A stretch of 64,000 nucleotides of DNA from Stegostoma tigrinum (lineage: Eukaryota). Under the pieces are notes generated by a model, which saw nothing but the letters and a program-made list of their open reading frames with translations, made no database searches and was not told the DNA's origin. The DNA is taken from positions 41,031,517 through 41,095,516 of the forward strand of contig NC_081357.1 in NCBI RefSeq assembly GCF_030684315.1. The letters are read 5' to 3'. Within the stretch, counting starts at the first letter, position 1. Each line of letters begins with the position of its first letter. A program made the translations under genes and the position numbers. Positions 1 to 11,000 of the stretch are shown piece by piece.

Positions 1-1188
1 GAAACATTTAATCTGTTCTGTTCTTCATCCAATCATGGAGCTTCCTTTTTGTTCTTCTGCAGTCATCTCCCACACTCCACGAAAGCAGGTTACGTTTCTA
101 ACTCTTAGCAGTTTTGCTGAAAAGTCAGACTCTGTGTCTCTGTTCACACAAAGAGTCAGATCTACTGTTTACAGGACTTTCTGCTTTCATAGTTTTTCAG
201 CCTCTGTTGTACTTAACTTTTGTATACAAAGGTCTCTAATTCACAAATGAGACCAAAACAGGGTGGAAGCAGAGAAGAAAGTGCAAAAAGCATTGGAAGA
301 CATGTGGGAGAACAATGGGAGGTGAAATTAATAGGGTTGAGGTATCCAGCTGCTTATTTGGCTCTGGTTGAAGATAGTTTGAGATCCATTAAAGGTTAAC
401 TGATTTTATTAGAAGAGTGTCAAGAAGCTTTTTTGTCTGTTCTCCTAAGGGAGGAGAAAGAATACCTCCAAAGTTGAAAAGCAAAGGACTTGTTTCTTTA
501 GTGTTCCAAGACTGCTCGAGGTGATTTACTCAAGTTTCATAAAGTGTAATTTACACGAACTCTCAAATGTGTGTTGAAAACATGAACTTAATTTCATCAC
601 CCCTCTTCCTCTTACGTATGCAACTGTACTTTGCTAGATTTTCAAAACAGAGTTACATTCCAGCACAGTTTCAATAGTTCCAGAGTATGATAAAGTACCC
701 TGTTATTTCTAGTTCATGATGGAATACCAACTAAAGAACCTGTACCTTCACAAACCCCATTAACACCAAGATAATTGTTCAGAAAGGAATACAAATATTA
801 AATATTAAATGATTAAGCCAGATTTTTATATAACACATTAATGTAGAAACAAACAACATTGCATCTTAAAACTGAAATACATTCATAAAAAACAAACACA
901 GGTACAGCAATTTTTTAATATTGAAACTGACAGAGATATGATGAATATACACAATATTTTGTCAGTTAAGATACTTCACCAGCACTGGAAGCCAGTGGCA
1001 ATTTTGTAGTTTCAATGCTATAATTTATGATTTCATTGTTATCCAGTAAATATTGTTCTGTACCTCTGACATTTGTAGCATCACACTTTAGGTATTAGCC
1101 AGGAAAAGCAAGGAAACTGATCGTATGCTTTCCAAGATATATATACACACAAAAGCAGCCAAAACCTGTTTATGTAGCAGTAACCTAC

Positions 1189-1329
1189 TTCATCTGTAGC
1201 ATTCTTGTTCTGTTTGAATTCTTGTCTTGCCCAATTCTTAAGATATTGTTTATCTCCTTCATTTGGAATTTGATGAATTACTTTCAGTATCTTCCTGTAC
1301 AAAGTCAGAACCTTCTGTCGATGCAAGAA
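1189..1329 (-). CDS. LYRM2: LYRM2 exon 2 (FLHRQKVLTLYRKILK...WARQEFKQNKNATDE); exon 3 not found in window
   Basis: LYR tripeptide plus downstream EF; ttctag acceptor, GAA|gtagg donor; lies downstream of MDN1 as in human. Confidence 0.92.
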
Positions 1330-2399
1330 CTAGAAAATGACAATTAACATAATCAGACTCAATTTGTAATACCGAGTAAAAACAAAATAACATATGCTCA
1401 TTTTAAATAAAGCATGATGTTCTTTTTGCAAGGTACATTTTTCCATTTTTGATACTGACATCGAAGACTATAATTTAGATTACATGCAGAATAAAATTTA
1501 TTCTGCTCCATCAAATTCAAATTCAACCTCAGAACAGCAACTTCTCCATATAATTGGAATCACTGGACAATGCCAGTCTCATTGCCGGTCACAGACGAAC
1601 AAGGATGACAAACACAGTCAGAAAACTTTTAGAGCCATCCAGTCCATCAATTCATAAAGTCAGCATGATTCCAGAACTGAAACAGGTCAGCCAGCCTGCT
1701 GGGTCTATGCCGGCTCTTGTCAGATCTATGCCAGCTCTTGCTTGGAACAACTCATCTATTCCACAACTGACCCCTTTCCCCTGCATTTTGTCTCTCTCCA
1801 GCTAATTACCAAAATCTTTTTTGAAAATCTCAATTGAATCTGTCTTTACAAAAACTTACAGGCTGTGTGTCCACATCATTCACTCGCTGCAGAACAAGTT
1901 TTCGCTGGTGTCTTTTGTGAATCCCATTAAATCTTGTGTTATCAGCTTCTCAATTGTTCTGTCAACTGGACGTTATCCCTGTCTAGTCTGTCCAAACCCC
2001 TTATGACTTTAAACACTTCTATCCAAAATTTTCTTGATCTTTTCTTCTGTTATCTATTTACACATGGTGGCTCTCTGAAAAAGCTAACTGCTAAGTCTCA
2101 TCTGTGACGAGTTTCCAAATTATGACTTGCAAAAATGTATCCTGTCTCAGTGAGGCTAAATACCAGGTTTACATCCTGTTGAACAGGGTTATTATAGCGA
2201 CAACCTTCCAGTCATATGATATAAATTCCATATCGAAGGATTTTAAATGATTATTGTAAAAGCCTTTGCAATTTCTTCTGCTTCCCAGCTGCATTCTAGA
2301 TAACTGAGTATCAGAGCTTAGTGTCTTTTAAAATGCTTCTTATTAATACTTCCTTGACTATAACTATCTGAAAATAATTCCAGGGCTTGTGACTCAGAG

Positions 2400-2800
2400 G
2401 GAGGGACACTACCGCCGTGCCACGGGTGCTGGCTGCAGTCTTCTCCGAAAGTGAGCAGACACAGCGTCGAGAAGGCGGATGGAGCTTAAACTCGGACCTT
2501 CCTGCCCAGAGGTAGGGGAATAGGGGTCTGCAGGGGAAAGGCTCCTGTTTCCGTGCTCGGAAGCGGAGGGTCCCCGGGATTGTCTCCACGCTCTGCTCCC
2601 ATTGTGATGTCACTGAGTTTGGAACGCGGGGTGAACGGGCACGCGGCTCTCACCTGCCTCAGGCTCAAAGCACCAGGCAGTAACCTGGCCGCCGCCATCT
2701 GCATGTCGCACCTTGATGCGCTCACAGGCAGGCCCCACCTCCACCCCGGGGGCGGGGACAGCTCAGACAGACGCTTGAGGCCAAAGGAAATGCTGTGGAT
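2400..2800 (-). promoter_or_regulatory. LYRM2: CpG-rich LYRM2 promoter/first-exon region; GC box GGGGCGGGG (2749-2757), YY1-like AGATGGCGGC over the ATG
   Basis: Local GC/CpG enrichment against an AT-rich background; motifs read directly. Confidence 0.7.
2654..2698 (-). CDS. LYRM2: LYR motif-containing protein 2, coding exon 1 (MAAARLLPGALSLRQ)
   Basis: ATG at 2698, CAG|gtgaga donor; resembles human LYRM2 N-terminus MAASRLPPATLTLKQ. Confidence 0.88.
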
Positions 2801-2892
2801 TCCGGAAGACCTGCAATGTAAACAAAAACACCCCGCAGCAAATGATATCGGTAAGAACAAAAGTGAAGTAAGGCACAGGAAGAGGCCCTCTA

Positions 2893-3126
2893 TAATAAGA
2901 TAATAAAATGTGAGGCTGGATGAACACAGCAGGCCAAGCAGCATCTCAGGAGCACAAAAGCTGACGTTTCGGGCCTAGACCCTTCATCAGAGAGCTCTCT
3001 GATGAAGGGTCTAGGCCCGAAACGTCAGCTTTTGTGCTCCTGAGATGCTGCTTGGCCTGCTGTGTTCATCCAGCCTCACATTTTATTATCTTGGAATCTC
3101 CAGCATCTGCAGTTCCCATTATCTCT
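2893..3126. mobile_element. Fold-back Penelope-like terminal fragment with hammerhead cores on both strands
   Basis: Perfect IR 2897-2994/2995-3092; 13-bp TSD aagaggccctcta (2880-2892, 3127-3139); near-identical to terminus of GIY-YIG element at 12360. Confidence 0.88.
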
Positions 3127-3546
3127 AAGAGGCCCTCTAACCCTGTGCCGATCAACATGCCCTGACTAAACCGGAGGAAAACCTTCTGCCCTTAATCGGT
3201 CGGTATCCCTCTATTCCCTCCATATTCATGTCCCCATTCAGATGACTCTTAAATGTTTTTAATATGCCTGCTTCCACCACCTCCTCTGGTAGTGCATTCC
3301 AGGTTGCTACTGTAAAACCTTCCCTCGCACATTTCCCATAAACTTTCTTTCTCTGATCTTGAACCTGTTTCCCCTTGTAAATGAAACTTCAGCCCTGAGA
3401 AAAGCCTCTGTCTGTGGGTGTCATAATTTTGTAAACTTCTATCAGGTCTCCTCTCAGTCACCATCTTTGCAGTGAAAACAGTTCCCTAATCTTTTTAACC
3501 TTTCCTCATAGCCAATGCCCTCTAGACCTGGCAATATCCTGGTGAA

Positions 3547-3785
3547 GAGATAGTAAGAACTGCCGATGCTGGAATCTGAAATAACACAGTATGGACCTGG
3601 AGGAACAATCCTATCAACATCCCACCGAGCTTGCCCAGCCCCACCCTCCACTATTTATTTCAGAACTCCCTTCCCCATTTCTGAGGAAGGGTCCTAACCC
3701 AAAACGTCAGTTTTCCTGCTCCTCTGATGCTGCCTGGCCTGCTGTGTTCATCCAGCTCCACACTGTGTTATCTATTAATATAGAA
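3547..3785. mobile_element. Penelope-terminus-derived insert, partly inverted, degenerate hammerhead
   Basis: ctgaggaagggtcctaacccaaaacgtc core-like motif; ggtgaa TSD at 3541-3546 and 3786-3791. Confidence 0.65.
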
Positions 3786-5059
3786 GGTGAACTTTCTCTG
3801 CCCTCTGTCCAAAGCTTCCATGTCCTTCCTAGTAATGTGACAACTAAAACTTTACATAATACTCCAAATACGGCCTAACACATGTTTTATATAGCTGCAA
3901 CATGGTTTCTCGAGTCTTCTACTACATGCCCCGGCCAATGAAGGCAAGCATGCCATGTGCCTTCTTAATCACTTTAGCCACCAGTGTTGCCATGTTTAGG
4001 GGAACTGTCGACCTGCAGACCAAGGTCTATCTGTATATTACAGGTTCTGCCATTTACAGTATAATTCACACCTAAATTTTATCCTCCAAAATGCATCACC
4101 TCACATTGGGCTGAATTAAACTCAGTCTGCCATATCTGTGCCCAAGTCACCAACCTGTCTATATCCTGTTGTATCCATTCACAATCGTCTGCACTATCAG
4201 CAACTCTGCCAATTTGCTAATCAGATCACCCATGTTTTCCTCCAGATCGTTTATATGTAAACAAGAGGACCTAAGACTGTTCTGTGTGAAACATCACTTG
4301 TTATTGGTCTCCATTTTGAAAAACACCCTTCCACTGCCACCCTCTGCCTTCTATGACAATACCAGTTTTGTATCCATCTAGCTAGCCCACCCTGAATCCT
4401 ATGTGGCTTTAGTTTTTGTACTAATCTGCCATATGGGACTTTATCAAATGCCTTACTAAAATCCATATAAATGACATCCACAGCCTTTCCCTTATCAGTT
4501 ATCTTTGTCACCTCTTGAAAAAATACAATCAGATTGGAGAGACGTGACCTTCTCCAGACAAAACCAGCCTGTCACTGACTATTTTCTTCCAAATATATCC
4601 TGTCCCTCAGTATTTTCTCCAAGAGTTTCCCACCACAGACATCAGGCTCACTGACCTATAATTTCCTGCATCATACATGCTTCCTTCTTTAAACATAGGA
4701 ACAACATTGGCTAATCTCCAGTCCTCTGGAGCCTCTCCTCTGATCAAAGAGGATGTGAAGATGAATCTCCAGGTGTTGGTAGAGAGAAAGACTTTCCACT
4801 TACATCAGAATATAATGTTACAATCAGTCTGGGACTCCCCCCTTTGACATAAGGCAGCAATTCAGAATCCAGAAATATTTTCAAGGGTGTGGGGGAAAGC
4901 TGCTGTTAATTAATGTAATTCGCCAACTGTTGTTGATTGCTCTTAGATCAAGCAGCTTTCTAAGACTTTTATGGATTCTTGTTGCACTGTTGATTAGAAA
5001 TATGGTAGTTCAGTTAAAATTTGCAACAATCATTACCGAAGGATTTGGCTTTTTTTGAG

Positions 5060-5460
5060 TTTGGTTTATTGTTGTTATAGGTACCGAAATACAGTGAAGT
5101 GTTGTTTTGCATGCTATACAGGCAGATCATACTGTACAAAATGCATCAGGGTAGCAGAACAGAGTTCGGAATACAGTGTTACAGCCGCAGAGAAGGCACA
5201 CAGAGAGACTAATATTAACATTTGAGACATTGTTCAAGAGTCTGATAACAGCAGACAAGCTGTTCTTGAATCTGTTTGTATGTGTATTCAAATTTTTATA
5301 TCTGCTGCCTAACAGAAGAGGGTGGAAGAGAGTATGACCGTTGTACGAGACGTCTTTGAATATGTTGGTTGCTTTCCCAAGCCAGTGAGAAATATAGATG
5401 GAGCCACTGGATGGAAGGCTGTTTTGAGTGATGGACTGGACTGTGTTCATGACTTTGGAC
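5060..5460 (-). mobile_element. LINE 3' fragment (Rex1/Babar-like)
   Basis: Peptide GHTLFHPLLLGSRYKNL..TNRFKNS..AVIRLLN resembles the ORF2 C-terminus of this LINE type. Confidence 0.6.
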
Positions 5461-7478
5461 ATGTTTTGTCATTTTACTGATAACAAAACAATGGTGTTTA
5501 TGCTGACCTTGACAATAGCTGCCCCAAGACTGATCCTGGAGTCTAATTCTGAAGCTTGCTACTGTTTAAAGGATATTTTTGGGTAGAAGGATGCTGCTAC
5601 GATTCCTCGATTGTGTATAAAAGGTCCTATTTGGTTTAGTGGTAATAATTCAACTACTGTTCAATCTTACATGAACAGCCTGTTAATATGTGACACTCTA
5701 TTGCAATTATGCACAAGTTATCTTAGTCTTAGTAAAATTGTCTCTGGGAGGACTGTGGATATAGGTCTGCCGTCCACAAAATCTAAAAAGGTATTCTGTC
5801 TTATAACCACTGAAACCAGTGTGACAGCAGATTGTGTGGAACCTAATACAGTCTCCAACCCTTTCAGAACCATTATCTTATACATGACATGGTACCCAAC
5901 AATGGCATTCTCAAGTAATCCAAATGTGCAATCACTTTGTTTGATGACTGTGGGAATTCTTCAAAAGTTATACACAGCTTTTACTGAAAGATTACCTGAT
6001 ATAAAACAAAATTTTCACTAAACCAGTCAAGGTAACCACACAGCACTAATCTTAGATAACCTCCAATACTCTAAAACACTTATTCACAACCAGTTAAATG
6101 TGACAACAGGCAAATTGAAATTAATTACAAATACGTCATCACATGTTAAACAGTAAATACGACTAAAACAGATTTTATGAATTGGCTCTGCAGTCCATTC
6201 AACAAATTATCAACTGCAAAGTCTTTCAAAGCTCCATTTTCCAAAAAATTCAGCTCCTCTTTTAGGATTTAGTAGAACCACTTAAACTCTGCTTATGGTG
6301 AATATACACCAACAAACCCACTAATGCTACCTTCTGCTTATTCTCAGCTTCTGGATCCAGCCTCCATCTTTTTCAGCCTGCCTGTACTGCACCACTTGGA
6401 CTATCATCTAAGCTCATGTGGCAGTATCTTTTTAGATTGTTTCAGTTCATTTCAGTCTCCCCAGAAATGTTGGTATCCAATGCAATTTCAATTCTAGCTT
6501 TCTTAGAACCTGCAAGTGTCAATTTACTGTGTTTCCCTTTTCAAATAGGATCTGTTAAAAAAAACTTTTAAACCATGGAATAATCCAAGGGATATTTTTT
6601 CAGTAAGTGGTTCAGATAGCAAAGAAACAATTTAAAGGGGGAAAAAAAAAAACTCTTATTGAACAGGTCTGGGAGATTAGAGTCGCTCAGTATAAATTTC
6701 CTAATCCGTGCTGGATTCTGGTTACTTCCTTTGCCAACTGTGATTTTGAATGTTAGGTGTACTGCAAAATTACATCCACATTGCTCCCAGAAATGAAATT
6801 GATATTAAACAATCACATCAGCAACTCACTATAAAGTCTGTTCCCAATCCTGGCATATTCAATATACAATCTAATCACAAGCTCAAGAAATTTAACAATA
6901 AAGCTTGCTTGGCATGAGACCAAGTCTATATTGGTTATTTGTTCACTTGATACTAATACAGACACTAATAAAGTGATTTTGCATCCTTTTAAATTCTGTT
7001 AATACACTCAGGACACACACCAGGAAGGATGTTTTACTGCACGTTAATGAAATCAGTAATTCATCCTTAACTGAAGTACTCCTATCCAATGCTGGGTGCC
7101 AGACTCTGGAAAGAATGCCAGGAGGTTGCAAAGTTCATGTACTACAAAAAGGAGAGCAAGATCTTGTTATTTTAGGCATTGGCTAATGGGAAATAGATCA
7201 AGACACCTAAATGTAGCTTTTTCCTACCACAGCCAATGGAGAAAGATAGTATCTATCACTGCCTAGGCTCAAAAAGGAAATAAGTAATGTGCCTTGAGCA
7301 CACAATCACACTGTGATTTGAAATAAAATACTGGAATATTTTAAACAACATATTTGAAGTTTTCTATTCCAAAACATGTTTGCATTCAAAAGAAATTCCC
7401 AACATTAAAATGGATTACGTGTCATCAAAAGAACCAATATCTTTAAGAAGCAGAATGGAACAAGCATTTAGTAACTGA

Positions 7479-7484
7479 TTTATT
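7479..7484 (-). promoter_or_regulatory. MDN1: Probable MDN1 polyadenylation signal AATAAA
   Basis: ~390 nt after stop; UGUA motifs just upstream, U/GU-rich sequence downstream. Confidence 0.65.
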
Positions 7485-7869
7485 GACATACAAAAAGATA
7501 CAAAGGTTCATACTTGGGATTGTACTCTATTTCCAAATAGCACATTAACAGTTTCATTTAAACGGTCACATTTGTAAATAATATCCACATTACCAAACAA
7601 CATCTGATACTCAAACCTCAGACAGGCTCTCACATTTCGTACATTAAACTGTGCCTTTGGCACAAACCACCATGAACACAGTGGTACAGTTCTCAATGTG
7701 AACAGAGCTTTTCACATTAATTTTAACATCACATTCTCAGTCACAGAACAAAGGTTTCTCTTGCTGCTAATGTGCATTACTTAGTACATTAAATATTACA
7801 GTATGTGCATTAAATGATCTGAGATAACAATGAACAATATGGAACATGTCAACTCTGCATTCCACTCTG

Positions 7870-8055
7870 TTAATGATCAGCTGCCGTCACTAGTTCAAAC
7901 CACTGTCTAAGAGCATCACTGAGTGTTTCTGGAAGGGCATTCACATTTCGTAGAATTATGTAGAATGGGAATGGGAATTCTTCCATATATGATCTAATTT
8001 CTGGACTTTCACCTTGATCCTTGAATATAGGGACTTTAATGTCCAAAATGGAATC
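7870..8055 (-). CDS. MDN1: MDN1 last coding exon (DSILDIKVPIF...DALRQWFELVTAADH*)
   Basis: ccag acceptor, TAA stop at 7872-7870. Confidence 0.96.
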   Translation of the reverse strand, partial: DSILDIKVPIFKDQGESPEIRSYMEEFPFPFYIILRNVNALPETLSDALRQWFELVTAADH

Positions 8056-11000
8056 CTGGAAGTGTAAACAAGAACAGAAGTTACAAGACTGCAAAAGAAT
8101 TACTTCCACGCCATTCTTCAGCCAAGTTAAACAATAACTTTACTAGCATGATACTAACATTGTGATGCAACGACAAGAATTGCTAATTTAATGTACATGA
8201 ACTTTGTCTCATCAATAAGCAACTAAAAATTAGCAAACTCTTCATTCAATAGTATAACTTGAATATGATCCAAAGCATGTGACATTATGTCTACTTCCCC
8301 CATCTCACTGACAAGTGGATGATGTTTTATAGAATTATACAAACTACAGAATCAATTAGTTCATTTACTGAGCTTTCAATGGGAGCAATTTGAGTTTATT
8401 TCTAGTAATTATATAGCTCTTACCTTCGAGTCAGGATTGTCCAGCACAACAAAGATGACAAAAATATTGCTGCGTCGAGCAGTCTCAACAGCTGCTGTAA
8501 CTCGCTCTTTCCCTTCCAAGAACAGACCTCGTCCGTCAGACACTATCAACAGTAACTGTGCTATTTCTGCCAAAAAAAAAGTACATTTTCACGATTCTGG
8601 GATTTATTTCACCACTTTGTTTATATACAAAAGGCTAATCAAATTTTCTTTTAGAAATTGTATTAGTTTAAAACATCGCATAAAATGACTTTTTGCCTCA
8701 CTAACCATTGAAACACCTCTATCATTTCAACATACCACTGCTAGAATCCCTACAAAAAAAAAACTGTTTTCTCTCATGTGCCATTTAAACCATTCACGGC
8801 ACTTCCTGAAAACTGGTGTGATAGCTTACTGCCATCATAAATCTTCATTTGGAACCCTACTGGGTGATTCAACAATGTCAGTATGACTAATTCCTTGATG
8901 ATGGGATTCTGCATTCATTTACTTTCAGTCGAGAGTGATCAAGAAGTAGATATCAATGCTCAATTTGTTCCACGCTTCCACTCTCACGGAATATAGGATT
9001 TTCATGTTCTTTATAGTAGTGGGCAAAATTACAAATTGAAGCCTCAGAACAGAGCTAACTTTTGGCTTGAGAGCACAGCAACACCTGCACAATTAATCTG
9101 AGTCAAAACACAAGAGTACTCAACCTATACCCTTCAATATTTTCACATGTACAAGAAAATGCACAAGACGTTGGTATAATTTCTCAGTGCATCTTTCAGA
9201 AAAGCCCAGACGACATCTTAGTGAGGTTCAGTGCAGTGTGTACATTGTTATCATTGTTCAACATTTACAGTGCAAGTTGGCAAAAAAACAACTGTCTTTC
9301 ACATATCTAACAAAAGATGATTGTGGCAGAGAAGTGGAGAAGGCTTCTTGAATGTGGACAGCAAGTAATAAATTAGTGTTAAAACTCTGACCTGGTTTTC
9401 CCAACTGGGACTGGTCCTGTGCTGCAATAAACATGTTGGCAGCAGATTCCAGAAACTGCAACAGAAGTTGGAAATCAGAATTACCAGCATTACTTTATCC
9501 TTCACAAAATATGACGTTGGAAAAGTGTAAGCAATTATGATCCAAGGGATGAAATTTTCAGTTCTTAGCTCAATTCTCATTCAATGTATTTATTTCCTCA
9601 AAGAAAATTTTGTCTGATTAGTCTTATAGTCTGCATTAATTATTATTGTTTGATTTAGAAAATGAGATTATAAGATATCTCCATCATTCATACAATGGTT
9701 TAAAATGCTCAAAGCAATTAGTTTATGATAATACTGACAAATTAATACTATTACAAAATGGTCTAATTCCCCACCCAACAATCTCTTCCTGGGAATGTGA
9801 TTTTAGTTGCAGAAGAGATTAACTATAATTGGCCCTAGTGCTGAGGAGGCAAAACAATTTAGACTGGGCTACATCCGCCATACAAAGCTTAAATAAACAC
9901 AAACACGCAGTTTTTCTTAGCACACATTGCTTCTTGTAAACAATTACTATTAGTATGAGCACCAACCTGAGCTATCTTAGTTTTCTTCTGTTGGAACTGA
10001 CAGCTCCTCAGTATTCTTGCTCCTGACTGATCATTGAACAGCTCATGGAATGGATGCAGCAACTGGACATTCTCTCCAAAGCTGACAATTGTCAAGAGGA
10101 TGGAAGTTAGTTAACAAGAATGTTAACAAGGACAGTGTAAACATGCAAGAAAATTGACAACCATGAACACAACTTCGGTGAGACAGCAAATAACATGGTA
10201 CCAGAATGTGTCAAATAACAGCACTGTAGTCTCTTAAGAAATAGCAAGTATGTTTAAAAAGAAACACCTGACACTGTCAAAATCAAGATCAGAACAAACA
10301 TGAAAATCATAAGACGCAATGAAATGGGATAGATTTGTCATGGTGATGGTAGGTTACAAGAAATCTGTAACATTTATAGGTGCATATGCAAATAAATGTT
10401 GGACTTTGGTTCTTGTGTTTCTACTAGGCTGCACTGTTATTTTGCATGCAATTCATTTGAAAGTTGGCCAAACATCTGCAAAATATTGGGGATTTCAAGT
10501 ACAAATCAAGACCTTCAAGTTTTTGTGCCAATTTAAAAGATATTACGCCGGGAAACCAGCCCAACCCACATAATCAAAGATACGAACCAGAGTCAACAAT
10601 AGGCCACTGTATCCCAACAGTGTGCTTGACCAATCAATAAGAACATCGCTGATTTGCTTTTAACATTAACTCTATACTGTTGCATATTCCCGATAATCTT
10701 TCACCCCCTTGGTATTCAAGAAGCTAGTTACCTCTGGCTTAAAAATATTTAAAGATTTAGCATCCACTGCCTTTCAAGAAGAAAATTCTAAAGACACTCA
10801 GACCTCAGGAAAAAAAAAGTTTCTTTACTTATTTCACCTGGGTGCCTCCTTATTTTTAAATTATGACCCCTTAGCTTTCGACTCTCCTGCAAGAGGAAAT
10901 ATGCTTTCATCACCCACCCGGTCAAGTCCCCTCAGGATCTTATATGTTTCAATTAAGTCACCACTGACACTTCTAAACTCCAGAAGATATTGGCCTAGTC

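Larger units (their letters stand above)
2852..4760 (-). mobile_element. Degenerate CR1 LINE 3' part, interrupted by two Penelope-derived inserts
   Basis: RT peptide VDVIYMDFSKAFDKVPYGRLVQKL (ORF 4251-4511); LPGLEGIGYEERL. Confidence 0.85.

Noticed and set aside
1-600. LYRM2 exon 3 or a neighbouring gene exon
   Set aside because: No reading frame resembling the expected LYRM2 C-terminus found; sequence left unassigned.
1081-1188. C-terminal extension of ORF 1081-1326 as the LYRM2 end
   Set aside because: Similarity to LYRM2 stops at a good GT donor after 1189; the rest is intron read-through.
2486-2944. 152-aa ORF as a novel hydrophobic protein
   Set aside because: Chimera of Penelope terminus, promoter DNA, the 15-codon LYRM2 exon and intron.
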